64,000 bases of DNA from Minisyncoccota bacterium. GTDB taxonomy: Bacteria; Patescibacteriota; Minisyncoccia; Phycocordibacterales; CAJBRS01. A model generated the notes under the pieces. It did not search any database and was not told the DNA's origin. It saw only the letters and a list, made by a program, of their open reading frames with translations. Positions within the stretch are counted from its first letter, which is position 1. Each line of letters begins with the position of its first letter. Positions 1-9,673 of the stretch are shown one piece after another. The position numbers were made by a program, and so were the translations under genes. The stretch covers positions 272,411 to 336,410 of the forward strand of contig DASRDX010000009.1 in assembly GCA_035652395.1 (NCBI GenBank), in the 5' to 3' direction.

Positions 1-177
1 CTTCAATAGTGAAGCCGTTATATTTCAGTGATTCCGGATCAACGTGGGCGCCCTGCCAGATACGACATTCTTCATAAAAAGTATTGGAAGGATTGTTCAG
101 GTCAATGGCTCCAATACTCAAAAGAGACAGCTTTTGAAAATCTAGACCTGTTCCTTCTACATCTACCACGAGCATGT

Positions 178-603
178 TTATTTGAGACCGGCGCAATTGC
201 CAGCATGATAACCCGCCTTTTCTGCTTCTTCTTTGGAATGAAAAGTGATTTGATTCTCGGGCTTGATGCGTTTAACTATACCACACCAAGGAAAGTAGTA
301 AGCTTGACCGGTCTTAGATGCGACAAAGATGGCGGTTTCGGAAGATTTGGGCACGGCGGAGCGAGTTGATTTAGTGGAAGCCGAAGAAGTTGAGAGGGTC
401 GCCGGCGAAGCTGGCGACCCTGCCAGCAAACTCAAAGATGCTGAAACCGCTTCCGGCAAATACCCTTCAATGGCAATTGGCTCTTTTTGATGAAGGAGCA
501 AGGACAGACGTCCGAGTCCAAAAGCGTCGCTTAAAAAAAGAGTGCCAACCCCGAAAATGGCTAAATATCTGACCAAACTTGCATTTTTAATCTTTTCCAG
601 CAT
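178..603 (-). CDS. hypothetical secreted protein; N-terminal signal/TM segment, Ser/Thr/Ala-rich linker, C-terminal region with weak resemblance to the Ada-type metal-binding domain (YYFPWCG...[24 protein letters not shown])
   Basis: ORF track; hydrophobic N-terminus; the C-terminal pattern matches the Ada N-terminal Zn-domain consensus, but only 2 Cys and 2 His are retained. Confidence 0.4.
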   Translation of the reverse strand: MLEKIKNASLVRYLAIFGVGTLFLSDAFGLGRLSLLLHQKEPIAIEGYLPEAVSASLSLLAGSPASPATLSTSSASTKSTRSAVPKSSETAIFVASKTGQAYYFPWCGIVKRIKPENQITFHSKEEAEKAGYHAGNCAGLK

Positions 604-615
604 AATAGTGGCACT

Positions 616-888
616 ATGGCAACAAAGAAGGCCGGCGGTTCGGCCAAAAACCTAACCGATTCCAATCCAAAATTTCTCGGCGTAAAGCTCTATCATGGTG
701 AAGTAGCTCAACCGGGAGCTATTATCGTTCGGCAACGCGGCACCCGAGTGCTAGCCGGTAAGAATGTCGGTATCGGCAAAGACCATACTCTATTTGCTCT
801 AAAAGAAGGCAAGGTGGAATTTAAAAATAAACGAAAGACTAATTACGACCGAACGACTACAGTCCGAAAAATTGTACACGTTAACTAA
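616..888 (+). CDS. rpmA: 50S ribosomal protein L27
   Basis: GGSAKN...IIVRQRGT...GKDHTLFA motifs typical of L27; length 90 aa. Confidence 0.95.
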   Translation: MATKKAGGSAKNLTDSNPKFLGVKLYHGEVAQPGAIIVRQRGTRVLAGKNVGIGKDHTLFALKEGKVEFKNKRKTNYDRTTTVRKIVHVN

Positions 889-912
889 TGAAGTTTTGAT
901 AAAGAAAAAATA

Positions 913-947
913 AAAGGCCGGCGCGTCGCGCCGGCCTTTTATTTTTT
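913..947. terminator. rho-independent terminator, GC hairpin ggccggcgcg/cgcgccggcc followed by T-run; bidirectional between rpmA and rplI
   Basis: seen in sequence: perfect GC stem plus ttttatttttt. Confidence 0.7.
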
Positions 948-962
948 CTCTCAATCTAAATT

Positions 963-1406
963 TTAAATAGAATTTACAATTAATTTAAAAGTCGCTTCCT
1001 TGTCCTGAACCTTGATTTTAATATCATACTCCCCTACTGCTTTAATCGGCTCTTCCAAATCAAGATGATCGGCATCCACATCCAACTCTGTCTGTTTTTT
1101 AATGGCGGCGATGATTTCCGGCTTGTGAATACCAGCGAAGAGATGGCCTTTATCATTGGCTTTTTCACTTAATTCAATTCGAGAGTCAGTCAGGGCTTTT
1201 AAGTTTTTCACTAAGAGATCTTCACGAACTCGTTTTTCATCATCGTGTTGCTTCTTTAGTTCCTCAACTTTCTTTAGAGTTTGATCGTTTGCCAGTTCCG
1301 CCAAGCCACGGGGAAACAAAAAGTTCAGAGCATGTCCGTCCGAAACATTTTTCACTTCATATCGTCGGCCAAAATTTGGCACATCTTTCAGTAAGATTAC
1401 TTTCAT
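963..1406 (-). CDS. rplI: 50S ribosomal protein L9
   Basis: MKVILLKDV..G..G....V..GYARNFL-like N-terminus; 147 aa. Confidence 0.9.
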   Translation of the reverse strand: MKVILLKDVPNFGRRYEVKNVSDGHALNFLFPRGLAELANDQTLKKVEELKKQHDDEKRVREDLLVKNLKALTDSRIELSEKANDKGHLFAGIHKPEIIAAIKKQTELDVDADHLDLEEPIKAVGEYDIKIKVQDKEATFKLIVNSI

Positions 1407-1426
1407 GGTTTCCTATTTTTAAACTA

Positions 1427-2650
1427 TTATTCCGATTTTAGCAAGTTAGCGGCTGCCTCCATTTGCGGATCCTTTCCAGCTGTTACATCATCTTCTGTCA
1501 TCGGTACTACTAAATCGGGCGTTAAGCCACCATCTGAAATTGATTTTCCATTTGGTGTTAGCCAGCGAGCGACTGTCACTTTCAAGGCAGTATCCGGGGT
1601 CAGATTAACCAGCTCCTGCACCGAACCTTTGCCGAAACTTTTTTGTCCTACCAGTTTGGCTACGCCGTGTTCCTGCAGGGCGCCGCCGAGAATCTCCGAG
1701 GCCGAAGCCGAACCCCCGTTTATAAGAATAGCCATTTTAAGTTGCTTGCTGAAAATGTTGTAGCCTTTGCTGCGGGAAATTTCTTTCTCTTTCCCTTGAC
1801 CATAATCTTCCTGAACAATGACATCACCGGTTGGTAGAAACCAGCTAGCCATGTCAACGGCCGCGTCGAGGTAGCCTCCGGGATTACCTCGCAAATCAAG
1901 CACGAGCTTGTCGGTGTGAGCGTTGATAAATTCTCGCAAAGCATTTCGGAAAAGATTAGGAGAATCAGCTGAGAAATTGTAAAGGCTGATTACGAAAACT
2001 CCGTCAGAGCGCATTTTCGTATCAATGGTCGGAATATTGATGGTTTCGCGAACAAGACTGACTACAATAGGCTGCTTTTCGCCATTTCGAAGTAAGGTAA
2101 AGGTGACTTTAGTACCTTTTGGTCCCCTGATCATCTGAACAGCTTCATCAATATTTAGGCTGGTGGCATCAGCGTCATTTATTTTCAAAATCTGATCTCC
2201 CGGCTGAATGCCAGCTCTGGCGGCCGGAGTGTTCTTAAGAGCGGAGATAACGGTAAGAATGCCGTTCTTTACCCCCATTTCAAGGCCTACTCCTTCGAAG
2301 TTGCCACTAATTTCGCTTTGAAAAACTTTGGCGTCAGCTGGCGGGAAGAAAGTGGTGTAAGGATCGCCCAAAGAGTCCACCATGCCCTTAATAGCGCCGT
2401 AAACGCGGTCCTGATCGGAGACCGTGGTGGTGGAATGAGTGGCTACATACTTCTCATTAACGATACCCCAGGCTTTCCAGAAGGGCGAAAAATCCACCTG
2501 ATCGGGCTGACCGCTTTCCTTGTTTGAAAGAGTGGTGATGTCATTTATCGGCGGATGATTGGCGTTGCCAACCGAAAGACCCAAAAAAAACGAACCTCCG
2601 AGAAGGAGGATGGCGAGAATAATTGAAACAATCCTTTTGTTGGAATTCAT
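1427..2650 (-). CDS. carboxyl-terminal processing peptidase (S41 family, PDZ domain), N-terminal membrane anchor
   Basis: PDZ region and the LDLRGNPGGYL S41 catalytic-region motif. Confidence 0.85.
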   Translation of the reverse strand: MNSNKRIVSIILAILLLGGSFFLGLSVGNANHPPINDITTLSNKESGQPDQVDFSPFWKAWGIVNEKYVATHSTTTVSDQDRVYGAIKGMVDSLGDPYTTFFPPADAKVFQSEISGNFEGVGLEMGVKNGILTVISALKNTPAARAGIQPGDQILKINDADATSLNIDEAVQMIRGPKGTKVTFTLLRNGEKQPIVVSLVRETINIPTIDTKMRSDGVFVISLYNFSADSPNLFRNALREFINAHTDKLVLDLRGNPGGYLDAAVDMASWFLPTGDVIVQEDYGQGKEKEISRSKGYNIFSKQLKMAILINGGSASASEILGGALQEHGVAKLVGQKSFGKGSVQELVNLTPDTALKVTVARWLTPNGKSISDGGLTPDLVVPMTEDDVTAGKDPQMEAAANLLKSE

Positions 2651-2665
2651 GAAGGACTAATTATC

Positions 2666-2715
2666 TCAAAAGGGCTTGGCTAGGTCAATTCAGCCGACCT
2701 AGCCAAGCCCTTTTG
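2666..2715. promoter_or_regulatory. 20-bp perfect inverted repeat (caaaagggcttggctaggtc / gacctagccaagcccttttg) with 9-nt spacer, in the divergent promoter region between the S41 peptidase and corA
   Basis: seen in sequence; no gene ends here, so it is not a simple gene terminator. Confidence 0.5.
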
Positions 2716-2761
2716 ACTCTCCGGTTTTTAATTCCACACTTAATTCGGTATAATATTTTCA

Positions 2762-3676
2762 ATGATTAAGAAATACGAGTATCGCAATTTAGTCTGGATT
2801 GATCTGGAAAATCCAAGCAGCAACGAGGTACGGGCCGTCATGGATGAATACGCCATGGAACCCTTGGTGGCCGAAGAACTTTTAATACCGAGTCTTAAGC
2901 CAAAAGTTGATCTCTATAACAATTGCATTTATCTCATCCTTCACTTCCCTATTTTGAAATACGGCCAGAATAGCCAGAAAAATCAAGAAATCGATTTTGT
3001 TATTGGCCGCAATTTTCTGGTTACCTCGCGATATGAAGAAATTGACCCGCTTCACCAGTTTTCTCGCGTCTTTGAGGTCAATTCGATTTTAGACCGTAGC
3101 AACATGGGAGAGCATGCCGGCTTTATCTTCTATTACATGATCCGCAATCTTTACCGTTATCTGATTGATCAGCTTGATTCCATTAAGAGCTCCTTGGCTC
3201 AAGTGGAAGATCATATCTTTAAGGGCGAGGAACGAGAGATGGTGATTGAACTTTCCCAAATTAGCCGAACTCTTTTGGATTTCAAGGAAGCTACCAGTGT
3301 TCATAAAAGTGTTCTGGATTCTCTGGCAATCGCCGGTAAGAAATTTTTTGGGCCGGATTTTGAATATTATCTTCAATCAATCATCAGCGAATACTTTAAA
3401 GTTCACACCGAGATCCAGGGCAGCAAGGAATTCGTAGAAGAACTTCGAACTACTAACAATTCTCTCCTGACCACCAAGCAGAATGAGGTGATGAAAACCT
3501 TAACGATCATGGCCTTTATCTTTCTGCCTCTCTCCTTCATCGCTTCAATTTTCGGCATGAACAGCGACTATCTGCCAATTGTCGGAAGTCCAAACGGTTT
3601 TTGGATCATTCTTGGCTCAATGCTGGTGATCGGTCTTTGCATTTTCTCATTCTTTAAGTATAAGAAGTGGCTCTAA
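2762..3676 (+). CDS. corA: magnesium/cobalt transporter CorA
   Basis: GMN signature (FGMNSDYLP) followed by a C-terminal TM segment; a TATAAT box lies 8 nt upstream of the ATG. Confidence 0.9.
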   Translation: MIKKYEYRNLVWIDLENPSSNEVRAVMDEYAMEPLVAEELLIPSLKPKVDLYNNCIYLILHFPILKYGQNSQKNQEIDFVIGRNFLVTSRYEEIDPLHQFSRVFEVNSILDRSNMGEHAGFIFYYMIRNLYRYLIDQLDSIKSSLAQVEDHIFKGEEREMVIELSQISRTLLDFKEATSVHKSVLDSLAIAGKKFFGPDFEYYLQSIISEYFKVHTEIQGSKEFVEELRTTNNSLLTTKQNEVMKTLTIMAFIFLPLSFIASIFGMNSDYLPIVGSPNGFWIILGSMLVIGLCIFSFFKYKKWL

Positions 3677-3680
3677 TAAC

Positions 3681-5063
3681 GTGAATTTACGTTTTCACAA
3701 TACTCTCACGCACCAAAAAGAGGAATTTAAATCGATTCAGGATGGTGAAGTAAAAATGTATAATTGCGGGCCGACCGTTTACGATTACGTTCATGTTGGT
3801 AATTTGCGAGCTTTTTTATTTGCCGATATTTTACGGCGCACCCTTGAATATAACGATTTTAAAGTTAAGCAGGTAATGAATATTACGGACGTTGGGCATT
3901 TGCGATCGGACGCGGATGAAGGCGAAGATAAGATGACAGCCGCTCTAAAGCGCGAAGGCAAATCTTTGAATCTAGATTCTTTAAAAGAGTTGGCGGATTT
4001 TTATACCACCGCCTTTTTAAAAAATCTGGATGAGCTAAATATTGAAAAACCGACTTTAATGCCGAAAGCCAGTGAGAATATTCAAGAAGATTTGCAATTG
4101 ATTGAAAGGCTGGATCAAAAGGGGTTCGTTTATAAAACTTCCGACGGTTTATATTTTGACACTTCGAAGGATCCGAATTATGGAAGGCTCGGCGGCATTA
4201 ATAGAGATGCCGCCGAGGATCAGTTTCGAATCGAGCAAAATCCTGAAAAACGTCATCCTCAGGATTTTGCTCTCTGGAAATTCAATAATGATCTCGGTTG
4301 GGAAAGCTCTTATGGCAAAGGCTTCCCCGGTTGGCACATAGAATGCTCGGCCATGAGTATGAAATATCTCGGCGAGACTTTTGATATCCATACAGGTGGA
4401 GTGGACCATATTCCCATTCATCACAACAATGAGATTGCTCAATCTGAAGCGGCTACCGGTAAGTCTCTGGCGCATTACTGGCTTCATAATGCTTTCGTGA
4501 ATGTTTCCGATGGGGGCAAGATGGCTAAATCAGCAGGCAATTTTCTTAAGCTTCAGGATCTGGAGAATGAGGGCATCTCTCCCCTAGCCTACCGATATTG
4601 GCTTTTGACTTCACATTACCGGAGTCCAGTAAACTTAAATCTTGAAGCTCTAAAAGGTTCGCAAGCCGCCTTAGACAGGCTTGCGAGCCATCTATCTAGC
4701 GCCGCCACAGGCGGCGCCATCAATCCTGCTTACCAGCAAAAATTCCACCAATTCATTAACGACGATTTAGATACTCCAAAAGCTTTGGCTCTCGTTTGGG
4801 ATTTAATCAAAGATCAAAACGTCTCCGAGGCTGACAAAGGTGCCACTATTTTAGATTTTGATCGAGTCTTCGGCCTTAATCTGGAAAAGTTATCAGAGCC
4901 GGCTGATTTCGAAATCCCCGCCGAAATCAGCCGGCTCGCCGACGAACGAGAAGCAGCTCGCCAAAATAAAGACTGGAAAAAGGCGGATGAGTTAAGAGAT
5001 CAGATTCGGAGACTTGGTTTTGAGATTTCTGACACTGAAAGTGGTCAAAAAATTTCTAAATAA
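3681..5063 (+). CDS. cysS: cysteinyl-tRNA synthetase (GTG start; its start lies only 1 nt after the corA stop codon)
   Basis: HVGN (HIGH-type) and KMAKS (KMSKS) class I motifs; N-terminus aligns with bacterial CysRS. Confidence 0.95.
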   Translation: MNLRFHNTLTHQKEEFKSIQDGEVKMYNCGPTVYDYVHVGNLRAFLFADILRRTLEYNDFKVKQVMNITDVGHLRSDADEGEDKMTAALKREGKSLNLDSLKELADFYTTAFLKNLDELNIEKPTLMPKASENIQEDLQLIERLDQKGFVYKTSDGLYFDTSKDPNYGRLGGINRDAAEDQFRIEQNPEKRHPQDFALWKFNNDLGWESSYGKGFPGWHIECSAMSMKYLGETFDIHTGGVDHIPIHHNNEIAQSEAATGKSLAHYWLHNAFVNVSDGGKMAKSAGNFLKLQDLENEGISPLAYRYWLLTSHYRSPVNLNLEALKGSQAALDRLASHLSSAATGGAINPAYQQKFHQFINDDLDTPKALALVWDLIKDQNVSEADKGATILDFDRVFGLNLEKLSEPADFEIPAEISRLADEREAARQNKDWKKADELRDQIRRLGFEISDTESGQKISK

Positions 5064-5071
5064 AATCCCGC

Positions 5072-5482
5072 CTAGCGGGAATACTGACATTGATGTTCTC
5101 GAAAGTTCTCTGCCAATTGGCAAAAAAGATTCTCATATCTCGGCCAGACCTCTCTGTCTGTTAGGTCTTTAATCAAAACCTCAGGAGAAATCTTGCGACG
5201 GTAAAGATTTGGCCCAGCTTCCAGAGACTCTTCTAAAATTTTGCCGATGGTAAGAGCACTGAAAACTAAACTGAAACTTTTGGATGTGGCTGGCTCAGTT
5301 TCTCTAATACCAAACCGGCGAACGAGTTCTTTGTCCCCCAACGAGATAATCCAGTCATAGAATTGCTCATCAGAGAACCATTTATTATCCAATCTTGCCA
5401 AAAGGCCCACAAGAATTTCTACGGTAGAGACGTTGCGGAGCTCTAGACACCACTCTTCTGAATCAAATTCAATTAACTTCAT
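5072..5482 (-). CDS. hypothetical protein
   Basis: ORF only; no recognisable motif. Confidence 0.45.
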   Translation of the reverse strand: MKLIEFDSEEWCLELRNVSTVEILVGLLARLDNKWFSDEQFYDWIISLGDKELVRRFGIRETEPATSKSFSLVFSALTIGKILEESLEAGPNLYRRKISPEVLIKDLTDREVWPRYENLFCQLAENFREHQCQYSR

Positions 5483-5596
5483 CTATCCATCAAATTAACA
5501 CATAATTTTAGTCTGTAAATAAGCAAAGACTAATCCCCATCTTTTGCCCATATTATGCTATTTGGAGCAAATTGACCTTTTTCTAATTGTGCTAAA

Positions 5597-7000
5597 ATGC
5601 TTCCAACTATGGCCGACACTAAAACTGTCAAAAAACCAAAACTGCGCGTGCCTCCTCAAAATAACGACTCCGAAAAAGCCTTGCTCGGCTCCATTATGCT
5701 GCGGCCGGAAGCGATTAATGAAATCGTCGATATCATCAAAGATACTTGTTTTTACAGCGAGCGGCACCGAGTAATCTTTCGTACCATGATGGAACTTTTC
5801 GGCAAGATGCAGCCGATTGACCTCCTATCGCTTCGCACTCGATTAAATGAAAAGGGTATGCTTGAGGCCGCTGGCGGCGCAAGCTACTTAGCCGAGCTTT
5901 CAAATTCAGTTCCTTCGGCTTCCAACGTCAAACATTACGCTGAGATCGTGCACAAAAAGCACATGATGCGAAATCTAATTGAGGCTTCGGAATACATTTC
6001 CAATTTAGGTTTTGATGAAGCAGCCGAACTTGATGACATTTTAGATAAAGCCGAAAAAAGAATTTACGATTTAACTAACAATTCCAGCACTCACAAATTT
6101 ATTGAACTGAAAGACGCCTTGGGTGAAGCTTGGGAGCGATTGGACAAGCTTCACAAATCAAAGGATGAGATGCGCGGCATTCCAACCGGTTTTAAGGAGC
6201 TTGATAGCAAACTGGCCGGTCTTCAGAAATCGGACTTAATTATTCTGGCCGCTCGTCCTTCAATGGGTAAAACATCTCTCGCTTTGGATATTGCTCGTCA
6301 GGCTGCTATCAACCACAATATTCCTGTCGGTATTTTCTCTCTTGAAATGAGCTCACAACAGCTAGTTGATCGTATGCTAGCCGCTCAGTCTCGCGTTGAT
6401 GGCTGGAAGCTTCGCACTGGCAAGCTCTCCCTCGATAGCGAGTTCGATAAAATTCGCGACTCTCTCGATCCGCTGTCCCGCGCGCCGATCTTCGTTGACG
6501 ACCAACCGGGTAATAACATCCTGAAGATGCGCTCGGTCGCTCGTCGACTGAAAGCGGAGAAAGGCCTGGGGCTGATTGTAGTGGACTATCTGCAACTTAT
6601 GGTACCGAGCAGTAATCGAAATTATGACAGTATGGTGCATCAGGTGACGGAAATTTCCCGTTCTCTGAAACAGTTGGCTCGCGAACTCGATGTACCAGTA
6701 TTGGCTCTTTCCCAACTCTCTCGGGCCGTGGAACAACGCGGTGGCAAACCTCGACTTTCGGACCTTCGTGATTCTGGTTCCATTGAGCAGGATGCCGACG
6801 TCGTCATGTTTATTCACCGCGATGATAAATACAATGAAAATTCAGACAAACCGAATATTGCAGAGATTCTGATTGAGAAACATCGAAATGGTCCGACTGG
6901 CAAGGTGGAACTTTATTTTGATGATAAGCGCGCTACCTTCCTTAGTATTGATAAGAGCGATTTCGGCGTCTTTGATGATTCAGCTCCCCAGCAATTCTAA
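5597..7000 (+). CDS. dnaB: replicative DNA helicase DnaB (start possibly at the ATG at 5609)
   Basis: N-terminal DnaB domain (ALLGSIMLRPEAI) and RecA-like domain with Walker A ARPSMGKTS; no intein. Confidence 0.95.
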   Translation: MLPTMADTKTVKKPKLRVPPQNNDSEKALLGSIMLRPEAINEIVDIIKDTCFYSERHRVIFRTMMELFGKMQPIDLLSLRTRLNEKGMLEAAGGASYLAELSNSVPSASNVKHYAEIVHKKHMMRNLIEASEYISNLGFDEAAELDDILDKAEKRIYDLTNNSSTHKFIELKDALGEAWERLDKLHKSKDEMRGIPTGFKELDSKLAGLQKSDLIILAARPSMGKTSLALDIARQAAINHNIPVGIFSLEMSSQQLVDRMLAAQSRVDGWKLRTGKLSLDSEFDKIRDSLDPLSRAPIFVDDQPGNNILKMRSVARRLKAEKGLGLIVVDYLQLMVPSSNRNYDSMVHQVTEISRSLKQLARELDVPVLALSQLSRAVEQRGGKPRLSDLRDSGSIEQDADVVMFIHRDDKYNENSDKPNIAEILIEKHRNGPTGKVELYFDDKRATFLSIDKSDFGVFDDSAPQQF

Positions 7001-7623
7001 TGAGTGATCCGATTCGAAAATTAACGGAAATATTTTCGGAATTTCCGGGTATTGGCCCGCGACAGGCTCGTCGCTTTGTCTATTTCCTCCTGACCCGCTC
7101 CGATAGTTATCTGAAAAATCTGACTTCCCTACTCGATGAATTAAAGGCCTCAACTTCAGTCTGCCAATCGTGTTATAGATTTTTCCCGGCCGACCGATCG
7201 TCAAGTCCGCTTTGTTCTATTTGCCGCGACCCTCATCGCGATAGGAAGCTCTTAACTCTAGTAAGTCGCGACGTTGATTTAGAAAATATTGAGAAAGCCC
7301 ATATTTATGCCGGACTTTACTTTGTCCTTGGAGGATCAGTGCCAATCTTGGAGAAAAACCCCGAAACTAAGATTCGTCAGAAAGAATTACTTAAAACTAT
7401 TGAGAGTCGGCTCAAGAAAGAAGGCTTAACGGAGATCATCGTGGCCATGAACCTCAATCCAGAAGGTGAAAACACCGCCGATTATCTGAACGCTTTGCTT
7501 AAACCTCTTTCAGAAAAAAATAATATTAAAGTCTCCACTCTCGGCCGCGGGCTCTCTACCGGCACCGAGTTGGAATATTCAGACACGGAGACGATAAAAA
7601 ATGCTTTGAAGAATAGAGCCTAA
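7000..7623 (+). CDS. recR: recombination protein RecR
   Basis: HhH N-terminus, C4 zinc finger (CQSCYRF...CSICRD), Toprim domain; ATGA overlap with dnaB. Confidence 0.9.
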   Translation: MSDPIRKLTEIFSEFPGIGPRQARRFVYFLLTRSDSYLKNLTSLLDELKASTSVCQSCYRFFPADRSSSPLCSICRDPHRDRKLLTLVSRDVDLENIEKAHIYAGLYFVLGGSVPILEKNPETKIRQKELLKTIESRLKKEGLTEIIVAMNLNPEGENTADYLNALLKPLSEKNNIKVSTLGRGLSTGTELEYSDTETIKNALKNRA

Positions 7624-7628
7624 AACAA

Positions 7629-7664
7629 AGAGCGCCGGCTTCGCCGGCGCTCTTTGTTTTTTTA
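7629..7664. terminator. rho-independent terminator (agagcgccggc ttc gccggcgctct plus T-run), bidirectional between recR and rplU
   Basis: seen in sequence. Confidence 0.7.
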
Positions 7665-7676
7665 GTATTATTATTA

Positions 7677-8042
7677 TTATTTCAACGCCTCAATCTTCAC
7701 CTTGAAGTACGGCTGTCGATGTCCGTTCTTCTTAAAATAACGGCTCTTTTGTTTGTATTTAATGACGGTTACTTTCTTGGCTCGCCCGGCTGATTCAAGA
7801 GTGGCAACCACGGCCGCCCCATCAATGTAAGGTGTCCCGATGGTGGTGTCCGATCCATTGTCTACCAGCAAGACTTTATCAAAAGTAATTTTGTCTCCCG
7901 CTTTGTAGTCCCCCTTGATCTTCTCAATATTTAGGACATCACCCACGGCAACTTTGTATTGTTTGCCACCTGTGGAAATAACGGCAAATTCATCGGAATT
8001 GGCCTTCTTAGTACTTTTTCTTTTGGGTGTCTTGGTGGGCAT
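7677..8042 (-). CDS. rplU: 50S ribosomal protein L21
   Basis: FAVISTGGKQYKV N-terminus typical of L21. Confidence 0.9.
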   Translation of the reverse strand: MPTKTPKRKSTKKANSDEFAVISTGGKQYKVAVGDVLNIEKIKGDYKAGDKITFDKVLLVDNGSDTTIGTPYIDGAAVVATLESAGRAKKVTVIKYKQKSRYFKKNGHRQPYFKVKIEALK

Positions 8043-8054
8043 AGTAGGATTTTT

Positions 8055-8082
8055 ATTTTACTTATTTAGCCCTAAATTGCAA
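8055..8082 (-). promoter_or_regulatory. putative sigma70 promoter for rplU (TTGCAA -16- TAAAAT), with the -10 box only 12 nt upstream of the ATG
   Basis: seen in sequence on the minus strand. Confidence 0.45.
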
Positions 8083-8119
8083 ATAGACAAAGTAAGGAAA
8101 TAGATTAGAGTATGTTCAG

Positions 8120-8515
8120 ATGAATAAGAAACTTCAGCTGATTAAATTAATCGGTCAAAAGTTATTGGGGGTTAATCCAGCCTACGTCGATTATCTTATC
8201 TCGGCTTACAATATCCAGTTTGATCTCCAGTCTAAAATTCTATATGGGGGTAGCCGGAAATCTGAAAATATGGCCGGCTTTACAGTTCTGTCAGCTGATT
8301 GGTGCATTTTCGAAGATCATAAGGAAAATGTAATCCATGAGATTTTCCATTTAGCTTTTTTTGACAATGGTTTCTTTGGAGTTAATCAATCAATGACAAT
8401 TGAAGAGCTGGAAATGTTGGAAGCCCAACTTCAGCAAGCAACAGAGAAATTCGTGGAGACTCACGGATTGTTCTGTGATGAGTTGGTAAAAAGGATAGTC
8501 AATGCCCGGCCTTAG
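8120..8515 (+). CDS. hypothetical protein with an HExxH motif (HEIFH)
   Basis: ORF followed by a terminator; the HExxH motif is the only recognisable signature. Confidence 0.45.
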   Translation: MNKKLQLIKLIGQKLLGVNPAYVDYLISAYNIQFDLQSKILYGGSRKSENMAGFTVLSADWCIFEDHKENVIHEIFHLAFFDNGFFGVNQSMTIEELEMLEAQLQQATEKFVETHGLFCDELVKRIVNARP

Positions 8516-8539
8516 GGCATTTTATTTTGGAAAATGAAA

Positions 8540-8580
8540 AAGGCCGCCTTGCACCGGTGAGGCACAAGGCGGCTTGAGGT
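8540..8580. terminator. hairpin (gccgccttg ... caaggcggc) plus T-run, between the 8120 ORF and rmuC
   Basis: seen in sequence. Confidence 0.6.
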
Positions 8581-8582
8581 TT

Positions 8583-9638
8583 TTAATCTTCTAGCATCGG
8601 CCTCTCTAGAGCCGCCGTCTCAATCTCTATAGCGGCGCCGGTAATGCGCATGACATCCTTATCAATCTTCTTGAATTCGCCGCTGGAGGCGTTGAAGTGA
8701 TTAACGGTGGTGGCAAGAGAGTTGCGGAGTTTATTGTGATATTCCTCGTAGCTTTTGAGGTGTCGGCCGAGTTCCCCTACCCGCTTGATAATATCTTTGG
8801 CTGTCTCTTCGATCTGCAGAGCCTTCAAACCTTGTAAAACGGTTTGGAGATATGCCAAAAAAGAAGTTGGCGAGACGATCATTACGCGATAGCGACTGGC
8901 GGCTCGTTGAATCAGATTTTCAGTGTCGTCAGTATTTAGAGCGCCGATTTTGTTAACCAGCAAATCGTAATAAATGGCTTCATGAGGAATAAACATAAAA
9001 GCGAAATCCATCGTACCTTCAGCCGGCTTAATATATTTGGAGGTCTCCTGAATGCGGAATTTTAGATCGTTAACGAAAAGTTTTTCTAGGCGTACTCGCT
9101 CGGTTTCATTTCGCTCTTCCACAATGCGATTGTAATTTTCCAAAGAAAATTTTGAATCAATCGGAATGATCTTGTCCTTTACTCTTACTATTGCGTCCAC
9201 AATCGAGCCGTCATTAAATTCATATTGCATTTGGAAGCTATCCGGTGGCAGAACGTTTTTAAGCAGAGTTTCCAGATAATACTCGCCGAGTACACCACGC
9301 TGTTTCGGATTTTTCAGCATATCCTGCAGAGATTGCAGCTGATCGGTGAAAGAAACTACCTGACGGTTGGTTTCATCCAATTTGGTCAGGCCGGCCGTGA
9401 CATCTTTAATCAGTTTAGCGGATTCGGAAAATTGAGTCTTAACCGCTTCATTCATCAATTTCCCGGTCTCCCCCATTTTCTCATCCACCGTGCGTCGCAA
9501 GTCATTCATTTGCTGAAACAGCAAATCAAAACTTTTGTCGGAAGTGGCAGGATTGACGGGCATAGCCTGACGACGAAAAACCACCCAGAAAATGGCCATG
9601 GCTACTACAATTAAAATAACCAATAAAATAGTTGTCAT
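8583..9638 (-). CDS. rmuC: DNA recombination protein RmuC family
   Basis: N-terminal TM, long coiled coil, conserved C-terminal region (VSPTSFLAYLQTV). Confidence 0.75.
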   Translation of the reverse strand: MTTILLVILIVVAMAIFWVVFRRQAMPVNPATSDKSFDLLFQQMNDLRRTVDEKMGETGKLMNEAVKTQFSESAKLIKDVTAGLTKLDETNRQVVSFTDQLQSLQDMLKNPKQRGVLGEYYLETLLKNVLPPDSFQMQYEFNDGSIVDAIVRVKDKIIPIDSKFSLENYNRIVEERNETERVRLEKLFVNDLKFRIQETSKYIKPAEGTMDFAFMFIPHEAIYYDLLVNKIGALNTDDTENLIQRAASRYRVMIVSPTSFLAYLQTVLQGLKALQIEETAKDIIKRVGELGRHLKSYEEYHNKLRNSLATTVNHFNASSGEFKKIDKDVMRITGAAIEIETAALERPMLED

Positions 9639-9673
9639 CGAGGCTATTATAACATGCTATAATATCGCTAATT

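Noticed and set aside
28-369. 113-aa plus-strand ORF at the window start
   Set aside because: It overlaps the better-supported minus-strand ORF 178-603 and has a low-complexity, implausible sequence; treated as spurious.
5064-5085. Short hairpin (cccgc cta gcggg) at the convergent ends of cysS and the 5072 ORF, considered as a terminator
   Set aside because: It is only a 5-bp stem overlapping the stop codon of the minus-strand ORF, which is too weak to call.
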